Source: Thermodesulfovibrionia bacterium (GTDB lineage: Bacteria > Nitrospirota > Thermodesulfovibrionia > UBA6902). From it: DNA of 24,559 bases. A program made the position numbers and the translations under genes. Position 1 is the stretch's first letter; every line of letters begins with the position of its first letter. A model generated the notes under the pieces. It saw nothing but the letters and a program-made list of their open reading frames with translations. It was not told the origin of the DNA and did not search any database. Shown one piece after another: positions 15,717-24,559 of this stretch. Location of the stretch: assembly GCA_964195875.1 (NCBI GenBank), contig CAXMSH010000001.1:1-24559 (forward strand), given 5' to 3'.

Positions 15717-18206
15717 TTATTCAGGTTTTAATGTTATCAGTAAGAGCGGCAGGAGTGTAAGGTTGGCAATCAGCGCCACGGTCATCGCCAGGCCGATTAG
15801 CAAACCAAAATATATTGTGGGGATGAAACTGGAAAGGACCAGAATGGAAAAGCCGACAATTATGGTAATCGATGTATAATACATTGCCCGCCCTATACTT
15901 GCATGAGAGCGCTTCATGGCAGCAATGTAATCATTGTCCTTATGGATTTCTGTCATAAAACGATGCATGTAATGAATGGTATCATCAACCGCGATACCGA
16001 TAGTAATAGCCGCAATGGTAATCGTCATAATATCTAAAGGTATCTTCATCCACCCCATAATACCGAGAACCACCCCGGCAGATATCAGGTTAGGAATAAT
16101 AGCGATGACAGCCAGTTTTATAGAGCGAAAAAGGATGATGAACATAAACATTATCGCCAGAAAGACCACTCCAATTGTCAGGATCTGTGATCGATACAGA
16201 CTTTGCAGCATGTTGTTGTACAATACAATCATGCCTGTAAGGTGGACCTGATCTTCTGACAATCCAATATTATTCACCAGATGATTACGGATTTTCTTCA
16301 ACAGCTCATTTCGGCGTAAGGAGACATCAGTTTCAAACACACGCGTTGAAAAACGGACCTGATTCCCATCCGCGGACATATATGGATCGAAAAGATTTTT
16401 CCTGATCTCTTCAGGTAATTTTTTATGGATAACAGATAGCGTGATATTATCCAGGGGCTTATCTTCATTTAATTGCCGCATCAATTTTAAAGTTGTAGCC
16501 ATGGAAAGAACTTTTCCCGTTTCCGGCAAGTCATCAAGATAATCATGTATGGCCTGAAGGGTATCTATCCTGAAGTCGTTATACCAGTAACTTGTGCCGC
16601 TTAAACCTGCTTCAGCATCCGATTCATCATCAAGCCCATCATCGAATTCGTCATCAAATATAATATCCTCCTCAGCTTCTGAAGCAAAAAAATCGGCAGG
16701 CGCGTCAACGATAATATCCAACGGGGCAGTTCCACCAAGCTCTTTATCTATCATCTCCATCCCGCGATAGATCTCTGTTGTCTTCTTGAAATGATCAATG
16801 AAACGGTTTTCGACTGTAAGCTTTGATATTCCCATGAGACTAAGTAACGCTATACCAATATATGAAACAAGGATCAATTTACCATGCTTTTGAACAAGGT
16901 TTGAGAATACGCGTGTCAGGTCGCCTATATAATCATGCCCGGGCAATGCCACCTTAGGTTTCATTAACATCAATGATGTAGGGAAAACCGTAAATGAGAT
17001 CAGGAAGGCAGCGCAAACACCGATCGACATCATCCAGCCAAAGTCTATAACCGGACGTATGCCGCTGACCATTAATGATCCAAACGCCACGATCGTAGTC
17101 AGGGCGGTATAAATGCTGGGTACGGCTTTGCTCTTCATCGTCTCTGATATCAGATAATGTTGATCGGCTCCGGTATGTTCTGTAAATAGTTCGTGGTATC
17201 GTACAATCAAATGTACTGTTAAAGATAAAGTTATGATAAGGAGCAATGAGGTGAAGTTGGAGGAGACAACCGTTACCCGCCATTGGACAAGACCAAGAAA
17301 ACCGAACATAAAGAGGACTGTGGCAAAACAGGAAACAAATGAGATAAAGACCCAGCGCGCTTTACGAAAAAATATTTCAAGCATTAAGATCAGGAAGCAC
17401 AATACGCCAAGTCCGAAAACACTGAGATCATGACGTATGAAGTTAATCATATCAGAGGTGATCATCGGAACTCCACCCAGAAAGAGTTTAGCCTTATCGC
17501 GGTATTTATCCATAATTTCACGTATCGTCGAGATATCCCTGCTTTCCCGGTCCATTAAGTCGGCTCTCCTCTCCTTATACCTATAGCTGACCCTGGTCAG
17601 TTCATCTGCTTCCTGACTCGTTAAATCAGCTCTCAGCTCTTTTTCCCTGAGTTCATCCCTTCTCTTCATTAGCGAGTGCAGGACTTCATCGCGTCTGAAG
17701 TTTACCCGCAAAGCCGTTGTACTGCCGTCCGGACTGACTATAAGGTTTTTATAAAGAGGACTGTTAAGGAGTTCCTTTTTTGCCAGTGATATATCCGTTG
17801 AAGGGTCTTCAAGCCTGCGAACCTCTTCTTTTACTTCAGATAAAGATATTGGAGGGCTGTTGATCAACGGGACATCAAGTATTGAAGTAACTGTTTCCAC
17901 TCTCTCAATCCGGGACAGGCTATCCCTTAATTCTCGCAGACCTGAGAGTGATTCTATTGAGAAGAGGTCCTTTTCCGGTGTGTAAGTTATTACAACGTTG
18001 TCATCAGATCCGTAACGAGCCTGAGTGGAACGATAATATCTTAAATCACTGTCATTCTCAAGTATGAGCGAATCAGCGGAAGCATCCAGCTTAAAATCCG
18101 ACACGTAGATGGAAAAGAAGATACTACATAATACAAATGCCGCTAACGTTAAAAGAGGCCTCTTTAATACGACCTTCTCATACAGCGCTGATATAGTTGA
18201 TAACAT
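15717..18206 (-). CDS. MMPL/RND-superfamily transporter
   Basis: 829 aa with two repeats of TM + large soluble loop + five TM; GxxMI/TG motifs, ALTTIVAFGSL, GIAVDDTIH, IVGFSIL. Confidence 0.88.
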   Translation of the reverse strand: MLSTISALYEKVVLKRPLLTLAAFVLCSIFFSIYVSDFKLDASADSLILENDSDLRYYRSTQARYGSDDNVVITYTPEKDLFSIESLSGLRELRDSLSRIERVETVTSILDVPLINSPPISLSEVKEEVRRLEDPSTDISLAKKELLNSPLYKNLIVSPDGSTTALRVNFRRDEVLHSLMKRRDELREKELRADLTSQEADELTRVSYRYKERRADLMDRESRDISTIREIMDKYRDKAKLFLGGVPMITSDMINFIRHDLSVFGLGVLCFLILMLEIFFRKARWVFISFVSCFATVLFMFGFLGLVQWRVTVVSSNFTSLLLIITLSLTVHLIVRYHELFTEHTGADQHYLISETMKSKAVPSIYTALTTIVAFGSLMVSGIRPVIDFGWMMSIGVCAAFLISFTVFPTSLMLMKPKVALPGHDYIGDLTRVFSNLVQKHGKLILVSYIGIALLSLMGISKLTVENRFIDHFKKTTEIYRGMEMIDKELGGTAPLDIIVDAPADFFASEAEEDIIFDDEFDDGLDDESDAEAGLSGTSYWYNDFRIDTLQAIHDYLDDLPETGKVLSMATTLKLMRQLNEDKPLDNITLSVIHKKLPEEIRKNLFDPYMSADGNQVRFSTRVFETDVSLRRNELLKKIRNHLVNNIGLSEDQVHLTGMIVLYNNMLQSLYRSQILTIGVVFLAIMFMFIILFRSIKLAVIAIIPNLISAGVVLGIMGWMKIPLDIMTITIAAITIGIAVDDTIHYMHRFMTEIHKDNDYIAAMKRSHASIGRAMYYTSITIIVGFSILVLSSFIPTIYFGLLIGLAMTVALIANLTLLPLLLITLKPE

Positions 18207-18339
18207 TTAATTTGCCGTTGACTCTGAATTCAGTATGTAATTGTTTTATATAATTATACTTAAACTCGTATCAATTTAAAGTTTCCCCCCCCCGGGGTTG
18301 TTTCCCCTAAGTGAATTCACTATAATTATTTTATAAAAT

Positions 18340-18693
18340 ATGATTAATTTTGATTTCATGTTTGACGATAAAAAAGAGGACTACAGGAAGATACTTGATG
18401 AACTGCGTGGGGGGGAAGCCCGGTTAATTGACATAAGAGAAGAGTCGGAATGGAATCAGAATCGATTTAAATGCGCCGCCCACATTCCGCTATCCGATCT
18501 TTCAAGAGGGATAGGGCTTGAAATCCTGAAAGAGATTAAGCAGTCAAACAAAAAAATATATCTTCATTGCCGGTCCGGCAACAGGGCACGGAAGGCCCAG
18601 GATATTCTTGCCCAATACGGCTGCACCGATATTAATGTTATACCGATAACTATGATGAAGATGCTCGAAGAGGGATTTAAACTCGATGAATGA
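18340..18693 (+). CDS. Rhodanese-like domain protein
   Basis: 117 aa; LIDIREESEW, AAHIPL, active-site loop LHCRSGNRA. Confidence 0.88.
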   Translation: MINFDFMFDDKKEDYRKILDELRGGEARLIDIREESEWNQNRFKCAAHIPLSDLSRGIGLEILKEIKQSNKKIYLHCRSGNRARKAQDILAQYGCTDINVIPITMMKMLEEGFKLDE

Positions 18694-18802
18694 GTCTTTG
18701 ATAAATGGAGATAGTAAATACAGTGAGGCTTATCATGATGTTACGTATCATATTACTCACGATTTTTAGCTGTTAGATACTTTACTTAAAAGGAGAATCA
18801 TA

Positions 18803-19345
18803 ATGTTTATCCCCCTTATTGAGAAAAGAAGAAGCATCAGGCGGTTTTTAAAGAGAAATATTGAACCGGAAAAAATAGACCTCCTTGTTGAGGCGGCGCT
18901 GCGGGCCCCGTCGTCAAGGGGTCTTAACCCGTGGGAATTTATAGTTGTCACGGAAAGGGAGACGCTTGATAGGCTCTCAATGGTAAAAATGCATGGTTCG
19001 TCATTCTTAAAGAACGCCATTCTTGGGATAGTGGTCTGTGCTGATCCAGAGAAGTGTGACGTCTGGGTTGAGGACGCCTCTATCGCGTCAATATTTATCC
19101 ACCTGGCCGCGTTATCACTGTGTCTTGGCAGCTGCTGGATACAGATAAGGGAGAGAATGCACAATGAGATTATGACTTCAGAAGAGTATATTTCTGGAAT
19201 CCTGAACATTCCCGCGAACTTAAAGGTTGAATCCATTGTTGCTGTTGGATATCCGGATGAGGAGAAGCCTCCCCACACAAAAGAAGAATTGCAGTATGAA
19301 AAGGTGCATAATAATGTATACGGGACAGCATTTGGCCACAGATAA
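18803..19345 (+). CDS. Nitroreductase-family protein
   Basis: 180 aa; RRSIRRF, RAPSS.G..PWEF, LGSCWIQ, VAVGYP; AGGAG RBS. Confidence 0.92.
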   Translation: MFIPLIEKRRSIRRFLKRNIEPEKIDLLVEAALRAPSSRGLNPWEFIVVTERETLDRLSMVKMHGSSFLKNAILGIVVCADPEKCDVWVEDASIASIFIHLAALSLCLGSCWIQIRERMHNEIMTSEEYISGILNIPANLKVESIVAVGYPDEEKPPHTKEELQYEKVHNNVYGTAFGHR

Positions 19346-19468
19346 ACGCGGATAAACACCGACAGAACAAAAACCTATGCTTGGTTTATATTTCACTGAA
19401 ATGGTGAAATATGAATTACTTTCAACTCATTGAAAAATCTGTGTCGATCTGCGCAAATCAGCGGCTAA
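19337..19468. repeat. 10-nt-periodic inverted element
   Basis: CACAGATAAA-CGCGGATAAA-CACCGAC ... ATCTGTGTCG-ATCTGCGCAA-ATCAGCGGCT; the left arm overlaps the nitroreductase stop. Confidence 0.7.
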
Positions 19469-19513
19469 CTGCCGTTTTTAGGTCTAAATAAGGAAATCTA
19501 AAGGGAAGAGTTT

Positions 19514-20446
19514 ATGCATATTCATACATTAGAAAAATGGCAGCACAGTCATGATTTCGTTGTTATTCACGAAAAAGGTGAGAAACGAACGAAACAGGTA
19601 CTCGTTCTCACCCTTATAACAATGATTTTAGAGATCCTTGCCGGCTTTGCATTTGGTTCTATGGCATTACTTGCTGATGGATGGCATATGGGGACTCATT
19701 CAGTAGCATTTGCCATAACCATATTCGCATATCATTATTCAAGGAAACATGCCAAGGATAAAAGATTCACGTTCGGAACAGGGAAAGTATCAGTCCTGGG
19801 AGGTTTCGCCAGCGCTATCGCTCTCGCTGCCGTGGCAATTTTCATTGCTATAGAATCCGTTCAACGTTTTATAAACCCGTCAATAATCCATTTTAATGAA
19901 GCGATTGCCGTAGCTGTGTTGGGGTTAACAGTTAATTTAGTGTGTGCTTTTTTATTATATGGACATCATGGACATTCAGATTCAGGGAAACACCGTCATG
20001 ATCATAATATCAGGGGCGCATATCTTCATGTCCTGGCAGATGCGCTCACCTCAATCCTGGCGATTTTTGCATTGTTTTCCGGAAAATTTTTTGGATGGAT
20101 CTGGCTTGATCCCTTGATCGGTATCGCAGGAGCGGTGTTAATTACACGTTGGTCCTATGGATTACTGATAGACACTAGTTCTATTCTGCTGGATAAGAAT
20201 ATCGCTTTAGAGAAGACCCGGGAGATAATAAATACTATTGAATCGGATTCAGACAACAGAATAGCTGATATTCACGTCTGGAAGGTTGGCCCGGCGGATT
20301 ACGCGGCCATAATATCACTGGTTACTCATTATCCAAAAAACACAGAACATTATAAAAAATTATTAAGCAAATATAATGAACTATCTCATATAAACATAGA
20401 GGTTAACCCCTGTGAAGATGAGCCCTGCATAGTGCCAAAAACATAG
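19514..20446 (+). CDS. dmeF: CDF-family Co/Ni/Zn efflux transporter, DmeF-like
   Basis: 310 aa; WQHSHDF N-terminus, SMALLADGWHM, FTFGTGKV..LGGF.SA, His-rich loop, AYLHVLADALTS, DIHVWKVGP. Confidence 0.88.
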   Translation: MHIHTLEKWQHSHDFVVIHEKGEKRTKQVLVLTLITMILEILAGFAFGSMALLADGWHMGTHSVAFAITIFAYHYSRKHAKDKRFTFGTGKVSVLGGFASAIALAAVAIFIAIESVQRFINPSIIHFNEAIAVAVLGLTVNLVCAFLLYGHHGHSDSGKHRHDHNIRGAYLHVLADALTSILAIFALFSGKFFGWIWLDPLIGIAGAVLITRWSYGLLIDTSSILLDKNIALEKTREIINTIESDSDNRIADIHVWKVGPADYAAIISLVTHYPKNTEHYKKLLSKYNELSHINIEVNPCEDEPCIVPKT

Positions 20447-20748
20447 ATCCTGCGGTGAACATATTATCAGGACGTTGTGAAGGCAATGTTACATTCCAGC
20501 ATGAATTAGTGGCTAATTTGCGGTAATATTCTCCTATGGAGTACTTCCTCTTGTTTTTGAATCTTACATCAGAATGCAATGTTTCAAATGGTAATCAATA
20601 AAACAACCTCAATCGTCTTATATGCTACTGGTATTGAATCTTTGATAATTATCTATCATAATACATAAGATGTTCAGAGGGATTTATTACATGTTTTGAT
20701 TGATCGAATTAATTATGAAATTATAACTTACCAAATAAGGAGGTAGTT

Positions 20749-21561
20749 GTGCAAAAAAAGTATTTATACCTTTTAATAGCTGTTTTTATCACTTTTATTA
20801 TAGGTGGTTGCGCCACGACGGATGATATTAAAAGCGTTGAGAAAAGCGTTGAGGTTGCACAGAGAGATTCTTTGCTGGTTGGGGTCACTCCCGATTTCCC
20901 CCCTCTGATCTATAAAAGAGGTAAGGAGATAATAGGAATTGAAGCTGATCTTGCTTACGTGCTTGCTGAAGAGATGAATAAGCAGATACAATTTGTTGAT
21001 CTACCGTGGAGTGAACAGATTCCCGCCCTGTTAAGAGGGGAAATTGATATTATAATGGCAGGAATGAGCATGACGGTGGGAAGAGAAGTCAGGATCAAAT
21101 TTTCTGATCACTATATGAAGAGCGGACTGGTTACCATGATGCGTGCCGAGGATAAAGCAAAATACAATTCAATGGAAATTATCAAGAAAAGCTTTCCAAA
21201 TACCGGAGTAGTTGCTGAAACGACAGGCGAGATATTCGTCAGGAGAAACTTTCCAAAAGCAACAAATGTTATCGCGTTACAGAAGTCGGACCACGCTCCT
21301 TCAGCTCTCAAGAGAAGGTCGATTGATATCTTTATATATGATGCTCCTCATATCCTCTGGCTTGTCTCAGAGAACGAAGCTGAACTTGCAGGTTTCTGGG
21401 AGCCCTTCAACGAGGAGAAACTCGCGTGGGCAGTCAGGCGGGATGACGGGGAGTTTCTGAATCAGGTTAACAGCATCCTTGATGGCATGAGAAAGGACGG
21501 GAGACTGGATCAGATTCTTCTCAAGTGGCTACCATCCGATTATCTGGAGCGATTCAGATAA
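20749..21561 (+). CDS. Family-3 (amino-acid-type) substrate-binding lipoprotein
   Basis: 270 aa; lipobox IGGC, LLVGVTPDFPPL, GIEADLA, L.RGEIDIIMAGMSMT..R, FSDHY; GTG start with AGGAGG RBS. Confidence 0.88.
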   Translation: MQKKYLYLLIAVFITFIIGGCATTDDIKSVEKSVEVAQRDSLLVGVTPDFPPLIYKRGKEIIGIEADLAYVLAEEMNKQIQFVDLPWSEQIPALLRGEIDIIMAGMSMTVGREVRIKFSDHYMKSGLVTMMRAEDKAKYNSMEIIKKSFPNTGVVAETTGEIFVRRNFPKATNVIALQKSDHAPSALKRRSIDIFIYDAPHILWLVSENEAELAGFWEPFNEEKLAWAVRRDDGEFLNQVNSILDGMRKDGRLDQILLKWLPSDYLERFR

Positions 21562-21846
21562 GTCAGAGATCTTTTGCTGGATGGAGGAGTCAACAACACA
21601 GGTAATGACTTCACAGCTATCGGTATCTGGTAGTTTATAATCATAATGATGACAAGAAGTGGCTTGGTAAATCCAAGCCCTTTCTAATTGTTTCATTCGT
21701 TAATCATCAACTTTTTCTCAGGCTCAATTAATTGCTTTGTAGGTGTACTCAACAATTCTGACGCCTTAAATTTCCTCAATAAATACCTATCCCCAATTAA
21801 GAGGGTGTTACAAAGCACATGCGTCGCGAGCGGACGGCGGATCAGA

Positions 21847-23271
21847 TCACTTCAGATCCAGGACCATCAACCGTAACTCGGTCATCTCCTCGATGGTGTA
21901 CCGTATCCCCTCTCTGCCAAAACCCGACATCTTTACACCGCCGTAAGGCATGTGGTCAACTCTGTAAGTAGGCACATCATTAATAATGACCCCTCCAACC
22001 TCAAGGGTCTCAAAAGCTTTATATGCCTTCTTCAGGCCTTCCGTGAAGATCCCGGCCTGCATACCGAAATCCGAGTTATTAACCGCGTCCAGTCCTTCTT
22101 CAAAACTCCTCACCTTTGACAGGGTAACAACCGGCGCAAAGACCTCCATGCAGTTCACCTTCATCCAGGGGTCAGTGTCAGAAAGAACGGTGGGCTCAAT
22201 AAAATTGTCCTTTCTCTTGCCTCCGGCAAGAACAGTTGCGCCTTTCTCAACCGCTTCATTAACCCATGCCTCAACCCGCTCAACATTCTCCTTATCTATC
22301 ATAGGACCGATAACAACGGTATCATCACGCGGGTCACCCATCTTTAGCTCACTGACCCTCTTGAGGAATAGCTCGCTGAACCTGTCGTAGACCTTCTCGT
22401 GAATATATATCCTCTGCACGGAGATGCAGACCTGTCCGCTGTACGCGAATGCTCCTGTAACACACCTGTCTACCGCTCTCTCAATATTACAGTCTTCATC
22501 AACCACAACACCTGCGTTTCCGCCAAGTTCAAGGATCACCTTCTTCTGATTGGCGACGGATTTCAGTCTCCAACCTACAGGGACACTTCCGGTAAAGCTG
22601 AATACCTTGATCCGTTCGTCAATGATAATCTTTTCGGCAACCTTCCCGCTGCACGGGAGCACGCTTATTCCACCTTCAGGAAGACCGGCTTCCACAATAA
22701 TGTCGCCAAGCATTAACGCTGTGATCGGGGTCTTTGATGCCGGCTTCAGAATAACAGGATTCCCCGCGGCGATTGAGGGCGCTATCTTATGAGCAACGAG
22801 GTTGAGGGGAAAGTTGAAGGGAGATACACCAAAAACAGGACCTGCCGGGAACCTCCTTGTAATACCCCATCTCTTTTCAGAAGCGGTATTCAGGTCAAGA
22901 GGAATAAACTCTCCGCTTATTCTCGATACCTCATCAGCGGATATACTGAAAGTCAGCGAGGCCCTGTCGACCTCGCCCCTTGAGGCTGATATCGGCTTGC
23001 CGCATTCAAGTGTTATGGTATTTGCAAGTTCTTCTTTATTATCGCTTATACCATCACTGATGCTTCTCAATATATCCAATCTCCTGTGCGAGGGTATCTC
23101 TTTAATCGCCTCTCTTGCCCTGTCAGCCAACTCAACCGCAAGAGCTGCCTCTTTGTCCGAAGCACTGCAGACCCCTGCTATGAGACCGCCATCATAAGGA
23201 TTTATTACATTAAGGGTATCCGGTGTCTCGACGTGCCTGCCTCCAAGAAGAAGTGGATATCGCTCTTTCAT
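21847..23271 (-). CDS. NAD(P)-dependent aldehyde dehydrogenase (ALDH family-21-like)
   Basis: 474 aa; PFNFPLNL, LKPA, FTGS, LELGGN, GQVCIS (catalytic Cys), EVFAP, PYGGVKMSG.GREG. Confidence 0.93.
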   Translation of the reverse strand: MKERYPLLLGGRHVETPDTLNVINPYDGGLIAGVCSASDKEAALAVELADRAREAIKEIPSHRRLDILRSISDGISDNKEELANTITLECGKPISASRGEVDRASLTFSISADEVSRISGEFIPLDLNTASEKRWGITRRFPAGPVFGVSPFNFPLNLVAHKIAPSIAAGNPVILKPASKTPITALMLGDIIVEAGLPEGGISVLPCSGKVAEKIIIDERIKVFSFTGSVPVGWRLKSVANQKKVILELGGNAGVVVDEDCNIERAVDRCVTGAFAYSGQVCISVQRIYIHEKVYDRFSELFLKRVSELKMGDPRDDTVVIGPMIDKENVERVEAWVNEAVEKGATVLAGGKRKDNFIEPTVLSDTDPWMKVNCMEVFAPVVTLSKVRSFEEGLDAVNNSDFGMQAGIFTEGLKKAYKAFETLEVGGVIINDVPTYRVDHMPYGGVKMSGFGREGIRYTIEEMTELRLMVLDLK

Positions 23272-23307
23272 AATTACCTCCCGATTTCGACCATCGTATT
23301 GCTAAAA

Positions 23308-23465
23308 TTGATGAACTTGTAAAAAGCCTTTTTTAATGCTGTCATTCCCGATGTTCTTAATCGGGAATCCAGACTATTAAAGAAGTTGTAACTTCCCTGG
23401 ATACCCGCCTCCGCCAACAGTAGGTGCCTTAAGCACGGGTATGACGATTTTTTGCGAGATTGTCA
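23308..23465. mobile_element. MITE-like element: degenerate TIRs enclosing an inverted GTCAT hairpin pair
   Basis: TTGATGAACTTGTAAAAAGC ... TGTCATTCCCGATGTTCTTAATCGGGAATCCAG (23340-23372) ... CTGGATACCCG..CGGGTATGAC ... GATTTTTTGCGAGATTGTCA (13/20 match to the left end). Confidence 0.6.
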
Positions 23466-23634
23466 GAAATAACCACCGCCAAAAGTAGGCGCTTTTATGC
23501 GAGAGCACTATGTAACGTATTCTGACAAGTGAAAACAGTAACGGGTATTGACTGTTCACCGTTTACTGTTCATCAGTTATTTAGTTATTGAGTCATTACT
23601 CCTAAGCTATATGCCCTACGCCCTTTGCCATTTA

Positions 23635-24036
23635 CTATAAGGTGTTAAGGTATGCAATAATGTTCAGAATATCCTCCTCAGAAAGATATGAAAAGGACGG
23701 CATAGACTTATAAGGTGTTCTGAGCTGTTTCGCAACATTTTCCGGCGTTGCGGCCATTTCACTTACAGGGAATTTGTCCACTTTTAGTATGCCCTTCATT
23801 CCGGGACCTACACCATTCTTTGTGCTGTTTGTTTTGTGGCAAAAATAGCACTTTGAATCAAAGATCTCTTTGCCTTTACCAATACTCTCGTCGTCAGTCC
23901 TTAGCATAATCCCGGTATTTTTCACGGCTTCAGCCATGGAAGGCTGCGCTTCCTTCTCGGACATGGCATTAATATGAAGGGGCATGATAAATACAGCTGT
24001 TAATGCGATTAATAATATAAACTTTAAGGTGTGCAT
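23635..24036 (-). CDS. Periplasmic monoheme class I cytochrome c
   Basis: 133 aa; Sec-type signal peptide, CYFCH heme motif, distal Met in KSMPSF, C-terminal IIAYLNTL. Confidence 0.9.
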   Translation of the reverse strand: MHTLKFILLIALTAVFIMPLHINAMSEKEAQPSMAEAVKNTGIMLRTDDESIGKGKEIFDSKCYFCHKTNSTKNGVGPGMKGILKVDKFPVSEMAATPENVAKQLRTPYKSMPSFSYLSEEDILNIIAYLNTL

Positions 24037-24093
24037 ATCTTCAGATCCTCCTTTTTGGATAATAATATTATAAATGATAATTCAATGTGTATT

Positions 24094-24180
24094 CCCCTCT
24101 TTGGCAAAGAGGGGTTAGGGGAGATTTTATAAAGAAATTATTCGTAAAATCCCCCTTAATCCCCCTTTCCCAAAGGGGGA
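24094..24180. repeat. CCCCTCTTT/AAAGAGGGG hairpin element, uninterrupted
   Basis: CCCCTCTTTGGCAAAGAGGGGTTAGGGGAGATTTT ... AAAATCCCCCTTAATCCCCCTTTCCCAAAGGGGGA. Confidence 0.85.
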
Positions 24181-24277
24181 GACTTGAAAGGAGAACTTTT
24201 CATCCCCGTTTACAAAATGGGGCATTCAAGTTCATTTTTCATAATATTAATTTTGATTGCTATGTCCCTGCAAATCT

Positions 24278-24559
<282 letters not shown>

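Noticed and set aside
18281-18310. C9 homopolymer upstream of the rhodanese gene as a phase-variation tract
   Set aside because: No promoter elements could be placed around it, and a single sequence cannot show length variation.
21600-21830. Pilin-like fragment GFTKPLLVIIMII on the minus strand
   Set aside because: It lacks the conserved E+5, a start codon and any downstream pilin features.

Overview
A 24.6-kb bacterial chromosomal window, probably from a Nitrospirota (Thermodesulfovibrionia-like) or deltaproteobacterium-like organism; this is inferred from protein style and the GTTCCACGTGGAAC parS type, not from a database match. Housekeeping genes (folP, trpB2, U32 peptidase, ftsH, ileS-lspA, tsaD, 3' end of pgi) are mixed with redox/transport accessory genes (WrbA, YqaE/Pmp3, NTPase, MMPL/RND, rhodanese, nitroreductase, DmeF-like CDF, family-3 binding protein, ALDH, cytochrome c). 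The most informative signals are not in the ORF track. (1) A 55-aa ORF after lspA has an exact classical C2H2 zinc-finger spacing. (2) Most intergenic gaps hold GTCATTCC..GGAATC REP-like hairpins into which smaller hairpin modules are inserted up to three levels deep, and one inverted pair encloses a decayed GIY-YIG nuclease gene. (3) There are periodic inverted elements with 7-, 8-, 9- and 10-nt units. (4) Two parS palindromes and DnaA-box-like arrays lie in a 1.35-kb non-coding region. (5) Gene remnants include a truncated chorismate mutase, a RelE/ParE toxin-antitoxin pair and a wrbA with two lesions. No rRNA, tRNA, CRISPR array or intact transposase was recognised.
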